A stretch of DNA of 64,000 nt from Zygnema circumcarinatum SAG 698-1b (taxonomy: Eukaryota; Plantae; Zygnematophyceae), in contig CM074804.1 in assembly GCA_037447605.1 (NCBI GenBank), forward strand, positions 1,798,001-1,862,000. The letters run 5' to 3'. The notes under the pieces were generated by a model. It was not told where the DNA came from and ran no database searches. It worked only from the letters and a program-made list of their open reading frames with translations. Both the position numbers and the translations under genes were made by a program. Shown here one piece after another: positions 42,101-54,788 of the stretch; position 1 is the stretch's first letter, and every line of letters begins with the position of its first letter.

Positions 42101-44110
42101 AAAACCTTCCTTTTTGGGCTCCATGCAGCCTCCCCATGTACCTTCTCCTCTCGCAATCCATGCGGTGTGGGGATCTGTGCCGACTCTTCCACTCCTCCGA
42201 GCTCATACGTGTGCTTCTGTCCCGCTAACTATGTCGCCGATATCGTTGACGGCGTCCTCACTTGTTTGCCAGGTTCAAACTTCCCTCCTAATGTAGCTCT
42301 CTCATGCTTCTTGTGCTTATACGAATTGAAGATCTGAAGATCTTTCCCTCGATTATGTTTGCTCGCTTAGTCAATCTACAAATGAGCCGTGAATGATTGA
42401 TGGAGTATGACAGCAGCGTTTACTCGTCTTATCATTGGACTCAAGAGGTAGCTGTACTTCCTTTTTCTTCGATGGCATACATTGGCGGTTGATGCAGATG
42501 CATCTGCTGGAGACCTTCCAAAGTTCTTCACGGTCCCGCCGGGTGTCAACTTGACGTGCTACGATATATACACTACGTATGGGATCAACAAAGATGCGTT
42601 CTTAAAGCAGAATCCAGTGAGTCTGGTTGTGAAATGCATCTTCTGCATAAACGTACGCACATTTGCTCGCTAATGGTTTGATATATTCAGAATTGCATTT
42701 GTACGGATACGCATAAGATACGAATGGTAATGTTGGTTCTGGACATTTTTTTTTATGTGTCTCCCTGTGCAGAAACCACGCGATGTATTTCCATGCAGTG
42801 CAGCTTCTCATTGGATTTTGTAAAATTTTAACTCATGTATGCATTTCTGTACTTGCAGAACATTGACTGCTCGACGACTCTGCCAGGAAACACGCTTCTG
42901 AACGTCACCAACTACAGTAACTGCTCCTTGGTCTACGCCGTCAATGAAGTTAGCTCATAACTCTGAAAACGCGATCGCCTTTGGAAATGGCAATGTTTGG
43001 ATGACGTATCAAGATCGATTTCATGTTTCTGCACGCATTCTTGTGCCTGACACTTGTTTGCACTTAGAACATCAGACTCTTAGTTTTTAGGTAACGTGTT
43101 GTTGTGGTTATGTTTGAGACTTAGAGTACCTCAGATACTTTGCGCTGCACGAGCCTTCCACAATGGAGGAAAGATGATGTTTTGACTGAACTGCCTTCAT
43201 TATTCTGCTCAGGGCGACACATGCTCCAGCATCGCCTCCACCTTCAATGTCACATCGATCGCAGGACCTGGCTCGACGAATCCCGACCTTGATTGCCTTC
43301 AACTCCGGCCCTTTCAACAGGTAAGACATTGAATTTCGAAATCCAGTTTTGTTAATTCTAAAAATCCAGTGAACCTTGTAAAGCCTTACCAGATAGGAAG
43401 GTGGCGCACCTCGTTCTCATAGACGAGTGACCTGCCTGCAGGTGTGCATTGAGAGGGGCAACATGGAGGTGGTGGGGCCATGCACATTTCCCTATGATGT
43501 GTTACCTGGCGAGTCATGCCTCTCCATCATCCTCGAGAAGCTTGATGGCGACATACGCCTCTTTTATAAACTCAACCCGGGAGTGTATTGCGGACGGCTT
43601 CTCTTTGCCACCAGCAGCGATATACAACTCAGCCAACAGGTAATGATGATTCGTGAATCAGAAACTACCCTTGTCCCTCTCGCGCTTTCTTCCTCTTCGG
43701 TCCACTCTCTCTGTCCCTCTCGTTTCTCCCTGTCCTTCGCTCCCCTCTACACTCTCTTTCTCCCACTTCTTGTCCTGCCGCCACCTTCGTCTCCCGTCTC
43801 CTTCTTCGTTTCTCCCTCCCCCTTCGTTTCGCTCCCCTTCCCTGTGACCTTTTTATCCTCCTCTATGCAGGTCTGTCTCGCGGCAGATGAGTTTGGAAAC
43901 GGAGCCTGGTCCTGCGCTGAATTTCTTTACAAGCTAAATATGATCGATACCTGCGCAAGCCTCAGTCTTTGCTACGCAAAAAAATTGTCCTTCAAAAAGT
44001 TCAACAAGTTCGCATGCACGACAAGAAATTTGAAAGCAGTTCTGGCAGGAACAAACGGTGGGAACATATGCATGCCAAGATCTGTGCCTTGTTCTCTAAA
44101 ACCTTATTGA
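32490..44110 (+). CDS. Secreted modular protein: signal peptide, hevein/CBM18, Pro-rich extensin-like stalk, LRRNT plus LRRs, EGF, papain-family C1A protease, 2x EGF, 3-4x LysM (about 1357 aa)
   Basis: Phase-compatible GT-AG exons: 32490-32571, 34932-35057, 35601-36659, 36830-36971, 37262-37333, 37769-37840, 38086-38157, 38303-38374, 38546-38614, 38867-38938, 39273-39646, 39790-39978, 40126-40358, 40794-40931, 41108-41327, 41744-41926, 42129-42272, 42498-42616, 42859-42948, 43213-43320, 43442-43639, 43871-44110 (4074 nt, open frame). The linkage of the first exon across the long first intron is the least certain part. Confidence 0.8.
34109..34237 (+). pseudogene. Hevein/CBM18 exon with in-frame TAA (pseudo-exon or null allele)
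   Basis: AG..GT-bounded 129-nt phase 1-1 exon reading [42 protein letters not shown]. The TAA at 34216-34218 sits where the intact paralogous exon has CAA (Gln). Confidence 0.8.
34932..35057 (+). other. Hevein/CBM18 chitin-binding domain exon (intact)
   Basis: [42 protein letters not shown] has 8 Cys in hevein spacing. It is not shown in the ORF track. Confidence 0.88.
35840..36370 (+). repeat. 27-bp coding tandem repeat, 19 copies, encoding PPRPPPSPL
   Basis: Unit cctccaagaccacccccatctcct(t/c)ta. The Arg codons run from 35855 to 36341 at an exact 27-nt period. Confidence 0.97.
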
Positions 44111-45803
44111 GGTAAAAAGTGTATGACACAAACTTGTTTATCACTATAGGGGTACTTCCATATTGATAGTAATAGCCTAAAGACAAGTGAGTGTTGTGAG
44201 TCCCAAAGTGTGCGTGTTATTGTCCTTTCGGTTCTCTATACAGGTAAGAGGACTTCTGTGTTAGTTTCTTGGACCTGTTTGTTTCAAGGGGGGTGGAGTA
44301 TGAAGGCTGGAATGAGAGAGGTTCAGCTGTAGTGTTCTGGGGAGAGAGAAAAGCACTCTAGCTCTCTTTTCATCTGGCATGGTGCAGTGGTTATACTTTG
44401 AGTGTTTTGGTAGCAGCCGGAATATCAGAGTTGTAATTATTGCTAAACTTAGGCCGTAGAGCTTTCTCTAAAACCTCTCGTGTATGCATTTGCTGTGAGA
44501 CTGTAAATTGGCTTGGCCTGTTGCCTGAATCATTGAATTGTGGAGGGTGGTAGCACCACAGAGGGTGGCTCCGCTCGAACATTGCACACTTCGAAAAAAA
44601 TTGTGGAGATATCAGCAGCCACATCCGTAGAATGTTTCAAGAAAGTAACATGAAGTGAAGACATTTTAATAGCCCTAACAGTGCGAGTTGACGAATTGCC
44701 TGCTTCCATTTGCCTGTTGATTATTTGGCAGTTCTATTTCCGTTTAGTGACAACACGGAGTTGACCTTATGTGTGTCGTGTCATTATGGAGTGAATTTAA
44801 TGTATTGGTTATGGAGCAAAAACATGACAGGTTTGTCATCGATATAGGAACCACTCGAATGTCAGTACTGTCCTAATAACAAGGCAGACAGTAGAAAACA
44901 TCGGCAGTTTGTTTGCAGCTCGCCATCCAAATCATCGTACCTCTGCTGTTCACAGATGCGAATCTCGCAAGTGCACGGAACAGAAGTACAGCGTCGGACA
45001 GATCGCCTGGATCAGCCACAGGACTAATAGTTCCAACCATTTCATGGATAGGCGGAACCAGCCAACCATTGGCAATGGTGACCCAATAATTGACATTCGA
45101 CGACCATGGGTAGGGTTTTTGGGGTTTTAGGGTTAAATCCAGTGCATGGCCATGGTCAGCATTTGTGAACCAATCCTAGCGCACTCGAAACTGTTGCAAG
45201 AAATCCTCAAGTTTCGGAGAGTTGATGGTAACATAAGGACCATCCCATGAATAGACATGACAACGTGACATCATACGGCATGACATGACATGACATGGGA
45301 ACATCGCATAACAAAACTTCTGCAGTTACATGACGAAGGGAGGCATCCGATTCGCCCCCCTACACTCCCTCTGCATATGCTGGAGTCCAGCAGGGAAACA
45401 ATAATTGCAATTAAGTGAATGACGATCTAAGGCTTCACTTGAACTCTCCAAATAACCCCCACCACCTCTACCTAATGTGCATTGTCCTACCAACCTCTCC
45501 CTCTCCCTCTCCCTCTGCCTTACCTGCTGCGCCCGTTCTGCACACTACCCGACTAACAAACGGCTCCGGCAGACGCCATGTACAAAGGGAGGGCAAGCCC
45601 CGGAAAAGGTACAGTACCATAGCTTCTAAGCGGAACTGAAGGCCTATGTGGACCATGGAGGTCCATTCAGTCGGTCCAGCACCGCACTCCAATCCAAACT
45701 GCTGAGCATGTTCTCTCGTTTTCAGATCAGTTTTCCCTATAGTTTTGGAGGCTCTAAGCAACCAGGGTATCTTAGGCAGACAGACTTTCCTCCCTAAAAT
45801 AGC

Positions 45804-48800
45804 CTACACGCCCCCTCCCTTCATCACGAGAGTGTAGGGCCGGGACGGGCCGTAGTACTGCGTATAGGCGACATAGGCGAGTCCCAATATCACGATCCCA
45901 ACAGATAGCGCGGCAGCAAAAGCAATCCAGCCAGAGAGAACCAATCCATCGGTTGAGACAGCCTGCTTGGAGGACACCTGCAACTGAGAGAGAGGGTGTG
46001 AGTGAGAGAGTGAGAGAGAGAGAGAGATGAAAGTTACAAGTGGAGTATTTCACTAGGGTTAGAGAAAACGAGTGAGGGAGTGAGAGAGAGATGTAGGTTA
46101 CACGTCGAGAAATTCATTGAAGTTAGAGTAGAGAGAGAGAGGGCTGAAGGTTAAAATTAGGGAATTTCAATGGGATTAGGGTCACACTTGGCCTAGAAAT
46201 AGGGTTTACTGTCAAAAGTTCAGAATTAGGGTTATTTGCGAGACTTAGAACTCCGGTTAGGCTTCGATCTAGTAGATTAGAAAGGGATTCAAATCTAGGA
46301 TTGCATATAGAGCGAATAAAGACTACAGTTAAGGTTTCAATCCAGAATTAAAGTTCCCATCGTCCAAAAATTAGGGTTCTAAATAGAGTTAGGGACAGCC
46401 TTCAGCACAAGGCAGAGTATCAGAAAAAATCTATCTTTTTGCATCCTAACCATAGCAATTCACGACTTGGAACGCGCTTCATTCTTAAGCAACAAGGGAC
46501 GGCACTCACTGCGGCAATCTTGTCGAGAGTCTCCTGCAGCTTTGCATCGTCCAAAGCTCCTCCCACGTGCGAGCCCTCCCTGTAGACGACCTTCACCAAC
46601 TTCTTGCAGTCCGGGTCGAGTGTCTTCCAGTCCTGCTGCAGGAGGCACTGTCCGTACACGCCAATCACGGCGCCATTGATTGGCTTCGCCTCCTCCGACT
46701 CGCACTTCGCCTCCACCGTCGCATCGCATGTCTTGGTCAACTCAGCTCCCTTGCTGTACTGCCAGAGAGCCATCCGTACAGCGTAGGATACCTGCAAAGG
46801 GAGGTACAGAAAATAAACATCATTCCTCAACATATCAAGTAATGTATCAAGACTACAACGTTTAGTTCACTTTGGATTCCATTGCACATGCTCATGTGCA
46901 AACGTGCAGTGGAAAGTGTTTCTGAGTCGAGTAAATTTCTGCACTTGAGGGCCATCTTCCTGGCTGTCAAAGATTTTTTGGATGATGTTTTCAGTTTTAT
47001 TTACAATTAGGACAAGGGCTTTAAGAAAGTAGGGTTTCAAAGTGTGTGAGGTTCTGGGGTTCTTACTCTATGACTGAATTCTCATCTGTGCAGTTTCATC
47101 TTAACTCTTCATATAGAACTATCTGCAAGTAATGACATCTAGACAGGTTTGCATCTAGCATGATCCCATTCCTTCACTTGCAGATTCATTATGATTCAAC
47201 AAGCGCTTGAATGATTCCTAAACTACATATCGTTTATAGCATTCGGCCCTTCCGAATCTCACTTCTCTACATCATGATTGAGTCCTTACACATTTTACTC
47301 CACCTATTTATGATAACACCTCCTCGTTGTCAGTCAGTAGTACAAGCGGTTTCTTATGAAGGCATTGACTTCTTTAAAGTCTTTCTTTCTTTAATTTCTT
47401 CTTCTGAAGAAATTAACTGTTGCACAATCCGCTCAGAACTGAGCGACTGTTCGTTCATATTCTTACTGAAGACTACAAAAATAAAATGAATTATTTAGCT
47501 TCTCAAGGATGATGTTTTCCTCCTAATTTAGCCAGCCTAAATGCATCCTTATTCCAACGAAGTTAGGAAATGCTGCCCATTCCAGCTTAAAGTCTGAGCT
47601 TCATCCTACTTCTCACCCTACAAATAGACTGACAACATGAACCCAAATGTAAAGAGATACCAATGTCCCCAACCACATCAAAATTGAGCCAGATTTAAGA
47701 CCAGAAGTTTAGACATACCTCTGTAGCACAGGATGCTGATAGCTTCTTGAACTTCTTCACCATGCACTTCAGCACAAGAGCATGACCCTCTTGTCCTTTG
47801 TCAACCCCATTGCAAAGATCAACCACATCCTTTTCACACTCTTTTCGAACTCGCACATCCAAGCGGTAGTCTGAGGAGTGCCGAATCTCCTGCAGATTCA
47901 TCTCCGCCTTGCAGGCTGCCCCCATTCCGAGCTCTTCCAGCTTCGACTGCAAACATTTGAAGGCGTGACCGTCGGCAGGAGGTACATCTTTGCAGAAGTT
48001 CTGCAGCTCTGCATGTGCACGAATGAAGAAGCAGGTTAGGGCAGATTAGCTGGCAGATTAGGTATAAACAGCTGCTGAATGAAGGAATGTCTGCAACAGT
48101 CGGAGATCCTGATTGGATGAACAGAGATTAAGGATGATACCCCCAGCAAGTGTTTGCATAAACAGTGAATGTAACCGAGTGTGCGATAGCCGAAAGGAAG
48201 AGGAGAGTTTGTATGGTAATATGTTCTGCAATGTGAGGGTACTTAGCAGAAAAGGGTGATGTGTAATATGCGACTTCACCCACCCGTAAGGTCAGAAATG
48301 CTTCATGCGATGAGAATTAGAGCAAATGTGTTGACTAACCTTGACCGCAGGCGTTCATCAAAGTAGGAGTCAGCCTGATATCTGAAGACTGCAACCACAG
48401 CAGAATACAACCCCTCACTCAGTATTCTCTACCTTCCCTCAACATTCCTGCAATAAATTCATTATCATGCTACTAAAAACATTGAGGTAATTGCTATGAA
48501 CTGTGTCCAGCACAAACCGAGTCAAACGAAGGTCTGGACATATAAGGCAAGTGGAAAAAAGAAATTCCAGAAAGAATACCAAATGCAGAGTAAGTCGGTT
48601 TTAAAACTGAAAACTTCATCCCACTGTCTCAAACCACTGATTTTAAACCAGATGGGCTCGTTCCCTACCTCCATGATGCTGAATCTCTCCTCCTCTGCCT
48701 TGCAAGCGTCCGAAAGCTGATCGCGATTCTTCCTCAGACAGCGGAGGGATCGAGTGTGGTCCTTACTGACTTCACTGCAAAATTTGCCTAAGTCCACTTT

Positions 48801-51800
48801 GCAGGCATTTTGCAGGGGAATATCGAGAGAAATATCAGTTACTTCTGCCTTCTCGAAGGAGAATACCTCTTTTTTACAGGCTTCCGATTCTATTTTGTCT
48901 TTGTTCTCCGACAAGCACTTTAGAACAGTTCCTCCGCAGGTCACAGAGCCGACTTCAAGGGCTTTTTCGCACGCTCGAAGGCACATCTTCTGGACATCGT
49001 TGAAACATGCTTTGTTCAGCCGATAATTTAGACGATAATCTGCAAAGAAAGAAGAGGCAGTTCATGAAGCAGTGTCGAATTCCTTCAGGGTTTGAAGGGA
49101 CGGAAGTGTTCAAAATTCAGTTATAAGATTAAGCTCGGAAATGGAGGGTTGCTGACTCTAGCAGATGCAAGCACTTAAAAATAAATAGGAGCCAATTTGA
49201 AACACTATGGAAGGTAATGGATTATATCCCCTTTGCCACCTCCCTCCCTTTCCTCCCCCTTCCCAATTCCCACTCCCAGATTCTATGCTCCCGAATCCTA
49301 GATTATGATTAACATCCAAAACTGCGAGTTCTCGATAGCTCAGAATACTTAATTAACATTGATTGCCAAAAAATGACCCATGCTTTAATCCATTCATCGG
49401 ATAATATGAGACAATGGAACTTCAGCAAACATATCTCAGAAGTAGTCTGCCCCTCTCATAGGAAGCGCTTCCATACTTCCTGCTCCATTAATTACATCAT
49501 CGACTTTTCATATAAAAGTGAGACCTACTCTTCTTCCTGAGCATCAAACAGTCGCATGGTGACTGCTAGGTATGGAACGAGAGGGAGAGTGTTGGAGAAA
49601 GAAAGGAAAGGAGAAAGGCAGAAAGGAGAGGAAAAAGGCATGAGAGAAAGGCTGAGAGAGAAAAAAGGAAGGTCTGAGGAGACAACAAAGACAAGGCAAA
49701 TGGGGGAGAGAAAGATGAGGGAAATGTGCAGGGAAAGAAAGGCGGAGAGTGGGCGGGTGCCTAAAAGTCTCTCTATATTCATATGCGCAAAAACATAGCA
49801 AGTAGAAGTAGTAATAAGCTAGTATGCACATCCAACAAGGGAGGGAGAACAAAGCCCTTCGACCAAAATCCTTCCTGTAGATAAGTAAGGTAAGTATAAG
49901 TATGACTTTACCTGATAAAAAATTGTTTAAGAATATTTTACTGGCTATATTTCTAAGAAAATGAACAATATACACACCTTCGGCGGACCTAAGCTGGTCT
50001 CGCTTGATCTCCTTCTTGCAGTCATCGCCCATGTACGCATCTCCAATGTTCTCTTGCAAGCACTTGATAACAGATGCATGGCCTGCAATAGCCCACCCAC
50101 AAAGGCTTCACATAATATTAGCAATAAATCACAACAAAAAGAAATAATTCCATTCCAATATTTTCCAATTACACAACCGACGCATTAACACAAAGATGTT
50201 GCCCATCCCTCCTTCCCTCCCTCCCTCTCTCCCCCTTTCAGTGACAAAAGTGCAGAGCCGCTCACCTTGCGGAACATCACTACAGAAGCGCTTCTTTTCA
50301 GAATCGCAGGCCTGCTTGACGGGGAACTTGAAATCGATATCCTCCGCCATGCGAACTTCCTGCACAGCATAGACTCAACTCTTGTCAAAACAATTGAATG
50401 CTTTCCACAGGCGCTCCCAACCACCAGGATAATTCACCACAATCTAAGCATTTCCAAACAAAGCCTGCATAGTAGAGCTTAAAATCGCAAGAGGAATGAA
50501 CGAAAGCAGAATGGCTTCAGGTAGTTCTAATGAGGTGTCCAATATAGATATTGCCATACAAAAATCTTCACAAAAAGGGGCGGGGGGGGGGGGAAACCCA
50601 ATAGTGAGATTCCCGTCACCTGCTCAAAAAGAGAAGATCTGCAGACCTCCTTCAGCTGCTCTCTGTGGTCTTGAAGGCATCGAAAAACTTGCGCCATTCC
50701 ATCGGGCACATCCTTGCATATGGTCTGCCTATCAGCTGGAAACAGTTACCCATCCCATCCTTTTCGTACTATCACTGCCTTAGGAAAGCAGATATTCTAA
50801 TGCTAGTGAAAAGTAATGTACCGACTACGGAATAAATAATCAAACCCAAAAAGACGTAGCATGTAGTATAGTTTTGAAAGTGGGTGATGCTTCGAGCCTG
50901 ATCAAAGCATAATTGTGTTCAGAGAAGCTATGCTATTGAGCTGATAATCTACATTTTTATCCCCCATTTTCAGTCTCCTTCATGCCAGTATGCTTCTGAG
51001 CTAAAAAAATACATTTTCCCCCCCAAGTTTTCAGTCTCCTTCATACCAGTATGCTCCTGAGCTAACAATTCACACTCTTAACCCCCATTTTCAGTCTCCC
51101 TCCTACGGGAGATTTTTCTTACCATGGCATGCATCTGCCAGGGGTTTGTCAAAGCGGATATCTTCCGCCGCCCTCTTTGTGAGCTGATGCACCTGCTGCT
51201 TGCATTTGGGGTCCTTCAACTCATCTCTGTAGTCCTGAAGACATTGGATCACTTTTGCATCCCAATTGGCCACATCTGTGATGTCCTCCGCATCGGGATA
51301 GCATGTCTGAAGAAACAGGCATAAAGCAATCAGTTAGTCAAGCAGATCAACTGCAGGCAGAAACTTCAACCACTATTTTAGAGAAATGCAAAGATGCAGA
51401 AAGGCAATTTTCCACATAGAAGGAGAGGGCAACCTCCGAAATATCCTGCTTGCAGAATTTCCGCAAACTCGAGTCCAGTCTGAAATCCGTTGATCGACGC
51501 TCCATCATCTTGTCAAATTCCACCTTGCTGCCAAAAAAAAAAAAGGAGGCAGAAAAATCCACACCCAACTGTGAGTGCCTCACTTTCGAACTATAAAAAA
51601 AATCCAGTTGCCACCAAAGACCACCACATCATGCAAGGAAAACAAATTTATGCAGAAAAATCACCCATTTAAAATTGCAGCATGTAAAAGTTACCGACCA
51701 GTCCGCACTGAAGTCGGGGTCCAAGCGATGGATCTCCAAGCAGTCCTTCACTCGCGCATCTCCAGGTGCCACGTCAGCACAAAACTTCCTCTTGTCGGGC

Positions 51801-54788
51801 AAGCAGGCTGCACAGTTTCACACAAAAAATCCTTCTGCTCAGAAACTGGGAAGATAAGCCCCTCCCCCATTCCTCCCCCATACCAGAATTCCTCGCTTTA
51901 GAAGTTGCCCTGCTAGCTAAAGTATAGCTTCCTTGTTGACATGAGGAAGTGAAATGGAAGAAGACTACAGTGAGAGGATGCCGAATGAGACCGTACCTTT
52001 GAATAAGCGGATATTCAGTCTGACGTCATCCACATTCTCCACTTCCTGCCGGAAGAGCTCAGCTTGGCAGTCCCATGCTAACTTCGCTCGATTTGAGCGC
52101 TGTAATCAACAATCCAGAAGAAGTACAAGATCACGAAAAGGCTTCCCCACCCTAAAGACAAACAATCACTACTTCGACATTGGATCTGTGTGTTTCATAA
52201 CAGATGGAAATGTGGATGTGTGGATTAACATTGAATGTGATGGTTTCAGTGAAGCGAAGGGAAACCCCACATGACTGTCCCTTCTAGCTTACGTCTAAAG
52301 AGAGTGTTATTGGTCCAGCAGCCAAATTCTTGGCTTAACTGGTTAGGCTCCTTCCATTTCCTGATTTCCCACGTAGCAGAAAATGGGGCGATGATGACAA
52401 TGATGAATCAGTTAACCAAGGAAGGAAGAGTTTTAGGAAAGGGAAAACTAAGCTGCATGCACTAAGCGACAACTAAAGCCCTATGAGGGGCAAAGCCCCA
52501 TTTTTTTCGTGATGAATGGAGGGGCTAAAAAAGCTTACCAGACATTCCTGAATGCGGCCCTCCCCCGGCCTCACCGCACTGCATAATCGTTTGGCCTCTG
52601 ACGAGCACAACTGGTTCAGTTGAGGATCTAACTTGAAGTCATCTGCAGCATCACGCTGAGCACGGAAAACCTCCTCCTTGCAGACTTCAGAGAGAGTATC
52701 CACCTGGTTCACTTCCCTGCATAATGTACAAGAGCAGCAATTTAACTTCACGGACAGGAAGATACCCACATACTCTCCCTCTCCCTCTCTCTCCCCCTCT
52801 CCACCCAAGCAGAAGAAAGGACTTAGGAATATCCACTGGACACTAGGATTCTTATTGAAATAAATACTCATGCAAAGCCTGGTGAAGGTTTGAAATTTTT
52901 GAGAAACTGAACGCCAAAAATCATTAGCAGAAAAAAGTTTTGAATCAGCAACCACCTCAAGCAGGCTACGATACTGCCGGCTTCCGGGTACAAAACGTCA
53001 TCGTCACAGTTTTTGGCAATGTCTTGTTTGCATGCAGTCTCTGCATGACCAAGTTTCCAAGTACACGACCGAGCACTTTGGTCAAAAACAAACCAAAACA
53101 TTTTAAAATAGGTGGGTGTCGTTCGACATTTTTTAAATTATCAATACAGTTTTGAGGAGAAGCAGTGCCTGGACCAGATATCAGATCTCAGAGCAACAGC
53201 ATGGGACGTCAAAAAAGACACTCTGAAAGTTAGTTAGCTAACAACAAATTTGCGTCACCCCACCTGACCACGTTCTAGTCGGAGAGAGATGCATAATGGA
53301 GACAATAAGCTTTAGTGAAATATTTGAATGTATGGCCCTTACGCATTTTTGCGTCCATTGAAATGTCCTTGTACATCTCAATTTTGAAGGCACGGACTTC
53401 AGCTTTGCAATCCTCCGAGATAAGAAGGCCTGCACAAAACTTAAGCTAAAATTCGTCAGGAGGAAAAGCTCTTCTATTCTCTTGACAACCCGTTTTGTTT
53501 ACAAATAGTGAAAAGTAAAACAGGGCAACATATTCCAGCTCACCATCTTGAACTGTGGCTTTCTCTTGCTGAATCCTTTTCGAGATGCAGGTCAAATAAT
53601 TATTGGCTCCGCGAGTCATGCCTTTGCAGTAGTCTGCAATTTCGCTGCGGCAGCTCCCTGAGCCGCACAAACCAAAACAGAATCCGATTTACTGTCAAAA
53701 CAAGATACTGGAGTCAAATATGTACATATAAAAGTAAAGCCAAGATTGATAATTTGTACTGCATAGCATGGAAAGTACAGAGAGATTGACCCTTAATCTC
53801 AAAAATATTAAGCGAAGAATTCCTTTAACCAAGTCAACAAATTTTGCGAATAGCGACTGGCAGATCCACAGAAAGAGAAGCTTATTCAAGCGAACTAATG
53901 CTGACAAAGTCAAATTCAGTACCCTCGTCAAGAAGAGGGAGAGCGAGATCGGCGAGGGGCAGAGGGAGAAAGAGAGAGCGGGAGAGAAGAGTGAATGAGA
54001 GTGGTAGCTGAGACAGTAGTTCAGACACCCTCCCAACTCTTTAGCAAAATGGAGAATTTATTTCCACAAATAAACATTTCGAGAAAATCGCTATCGTCAT
54101 CACCTCTTGCAGAAATATCGTCCTCCGAAACCTGCTTTCGGGCCTTAGGTGCAACTTTCGGTTCCTCAGATTCTTGCTCCGACCCTTCCTCCTCTCCTCC
54201 CTTTTCCTCTCCCGCATCTCCTCCCCTCTCCTCTCCTTCTGTTCCGCCCATTTTCTCTCCTGTCGTCTCTCCTTCACTGTCTCCTCCGGTCTCCTCTCCC
54301 ACCTCTCCTTCATCTCTCCCTTCTCCATCTCTGGTCCTTCTGTTGACGTTACTCCTTTTAATGCCCAAATCCCCCCCCTTATCGTCTCCGGTGTCCATAT
54401 TTTCCACGTTTTCCACATTGTCTTCTACCTCATCCCCATCCTTCTGCGCATTGGATGAAGTGAAAACCGCTAATCCTAAAAGCAGCAAGAGAGCGACTCC
54501 AAGGAGATACCGCTTTCCCTGTAACGCAGCAAACCCTAACGCGATCAGGCAATGCAACAACTGTCAAATAGAACAGGACATGCAAGAAAATAAGGAAGCA
54601 CAAGTACTGCATCGCGCTGGATCTTTTCAAAACAAGTACATCTGTACGATAATAACGATAATTAAAACGGGAATAGCGATAAAAATAATCTGGATTCTAC
54701 ATAGTGCATTATTCTGGACTTCCGATTAAGAGAAAATGAACGATCTATCAAATGGATCGCATTTCTTTACGCGTCCTGATCCATGCAT
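45804..54788 (-). CDS. GLG1: Golgi apparatus protein 1 (GLG1/MG-160/CFR-like; cysteine-rich repeats, type I membrane protein)
   Basis: Hydrophobic N-terminus and acidic linker (54560-54103). Many Cys-rich repeats: DFKLDPQLNQLCSSEAKRLC...GEGRIQECL, DFRLDSSLRKFC, DIDFKFPVKQAC, DYRLDVRVRKEC. Last exon 45977-45804 has a TM helix and cytosolic tail YTLVMKGGGV*. The start ATG (54788, MHGSGR| spliced to 54560) is uncertain. Confidence 0.88.
50938..51103 (+). repeat. About 61-bp degenerate tandem repeat (about 2.7 copies) in a GLG1 intron
   Basis: gagct...ccccattttcagtctccttcat(g/a)ccagtatgct(t/c)ct recurs three times. Confidence 0.85.

Noticed and set aside
49527-49563. Possible GLG1 micro-exon
   Set aside because: Neighbouring exons join directly to give the conserved AEDYRLNYRL repeat.
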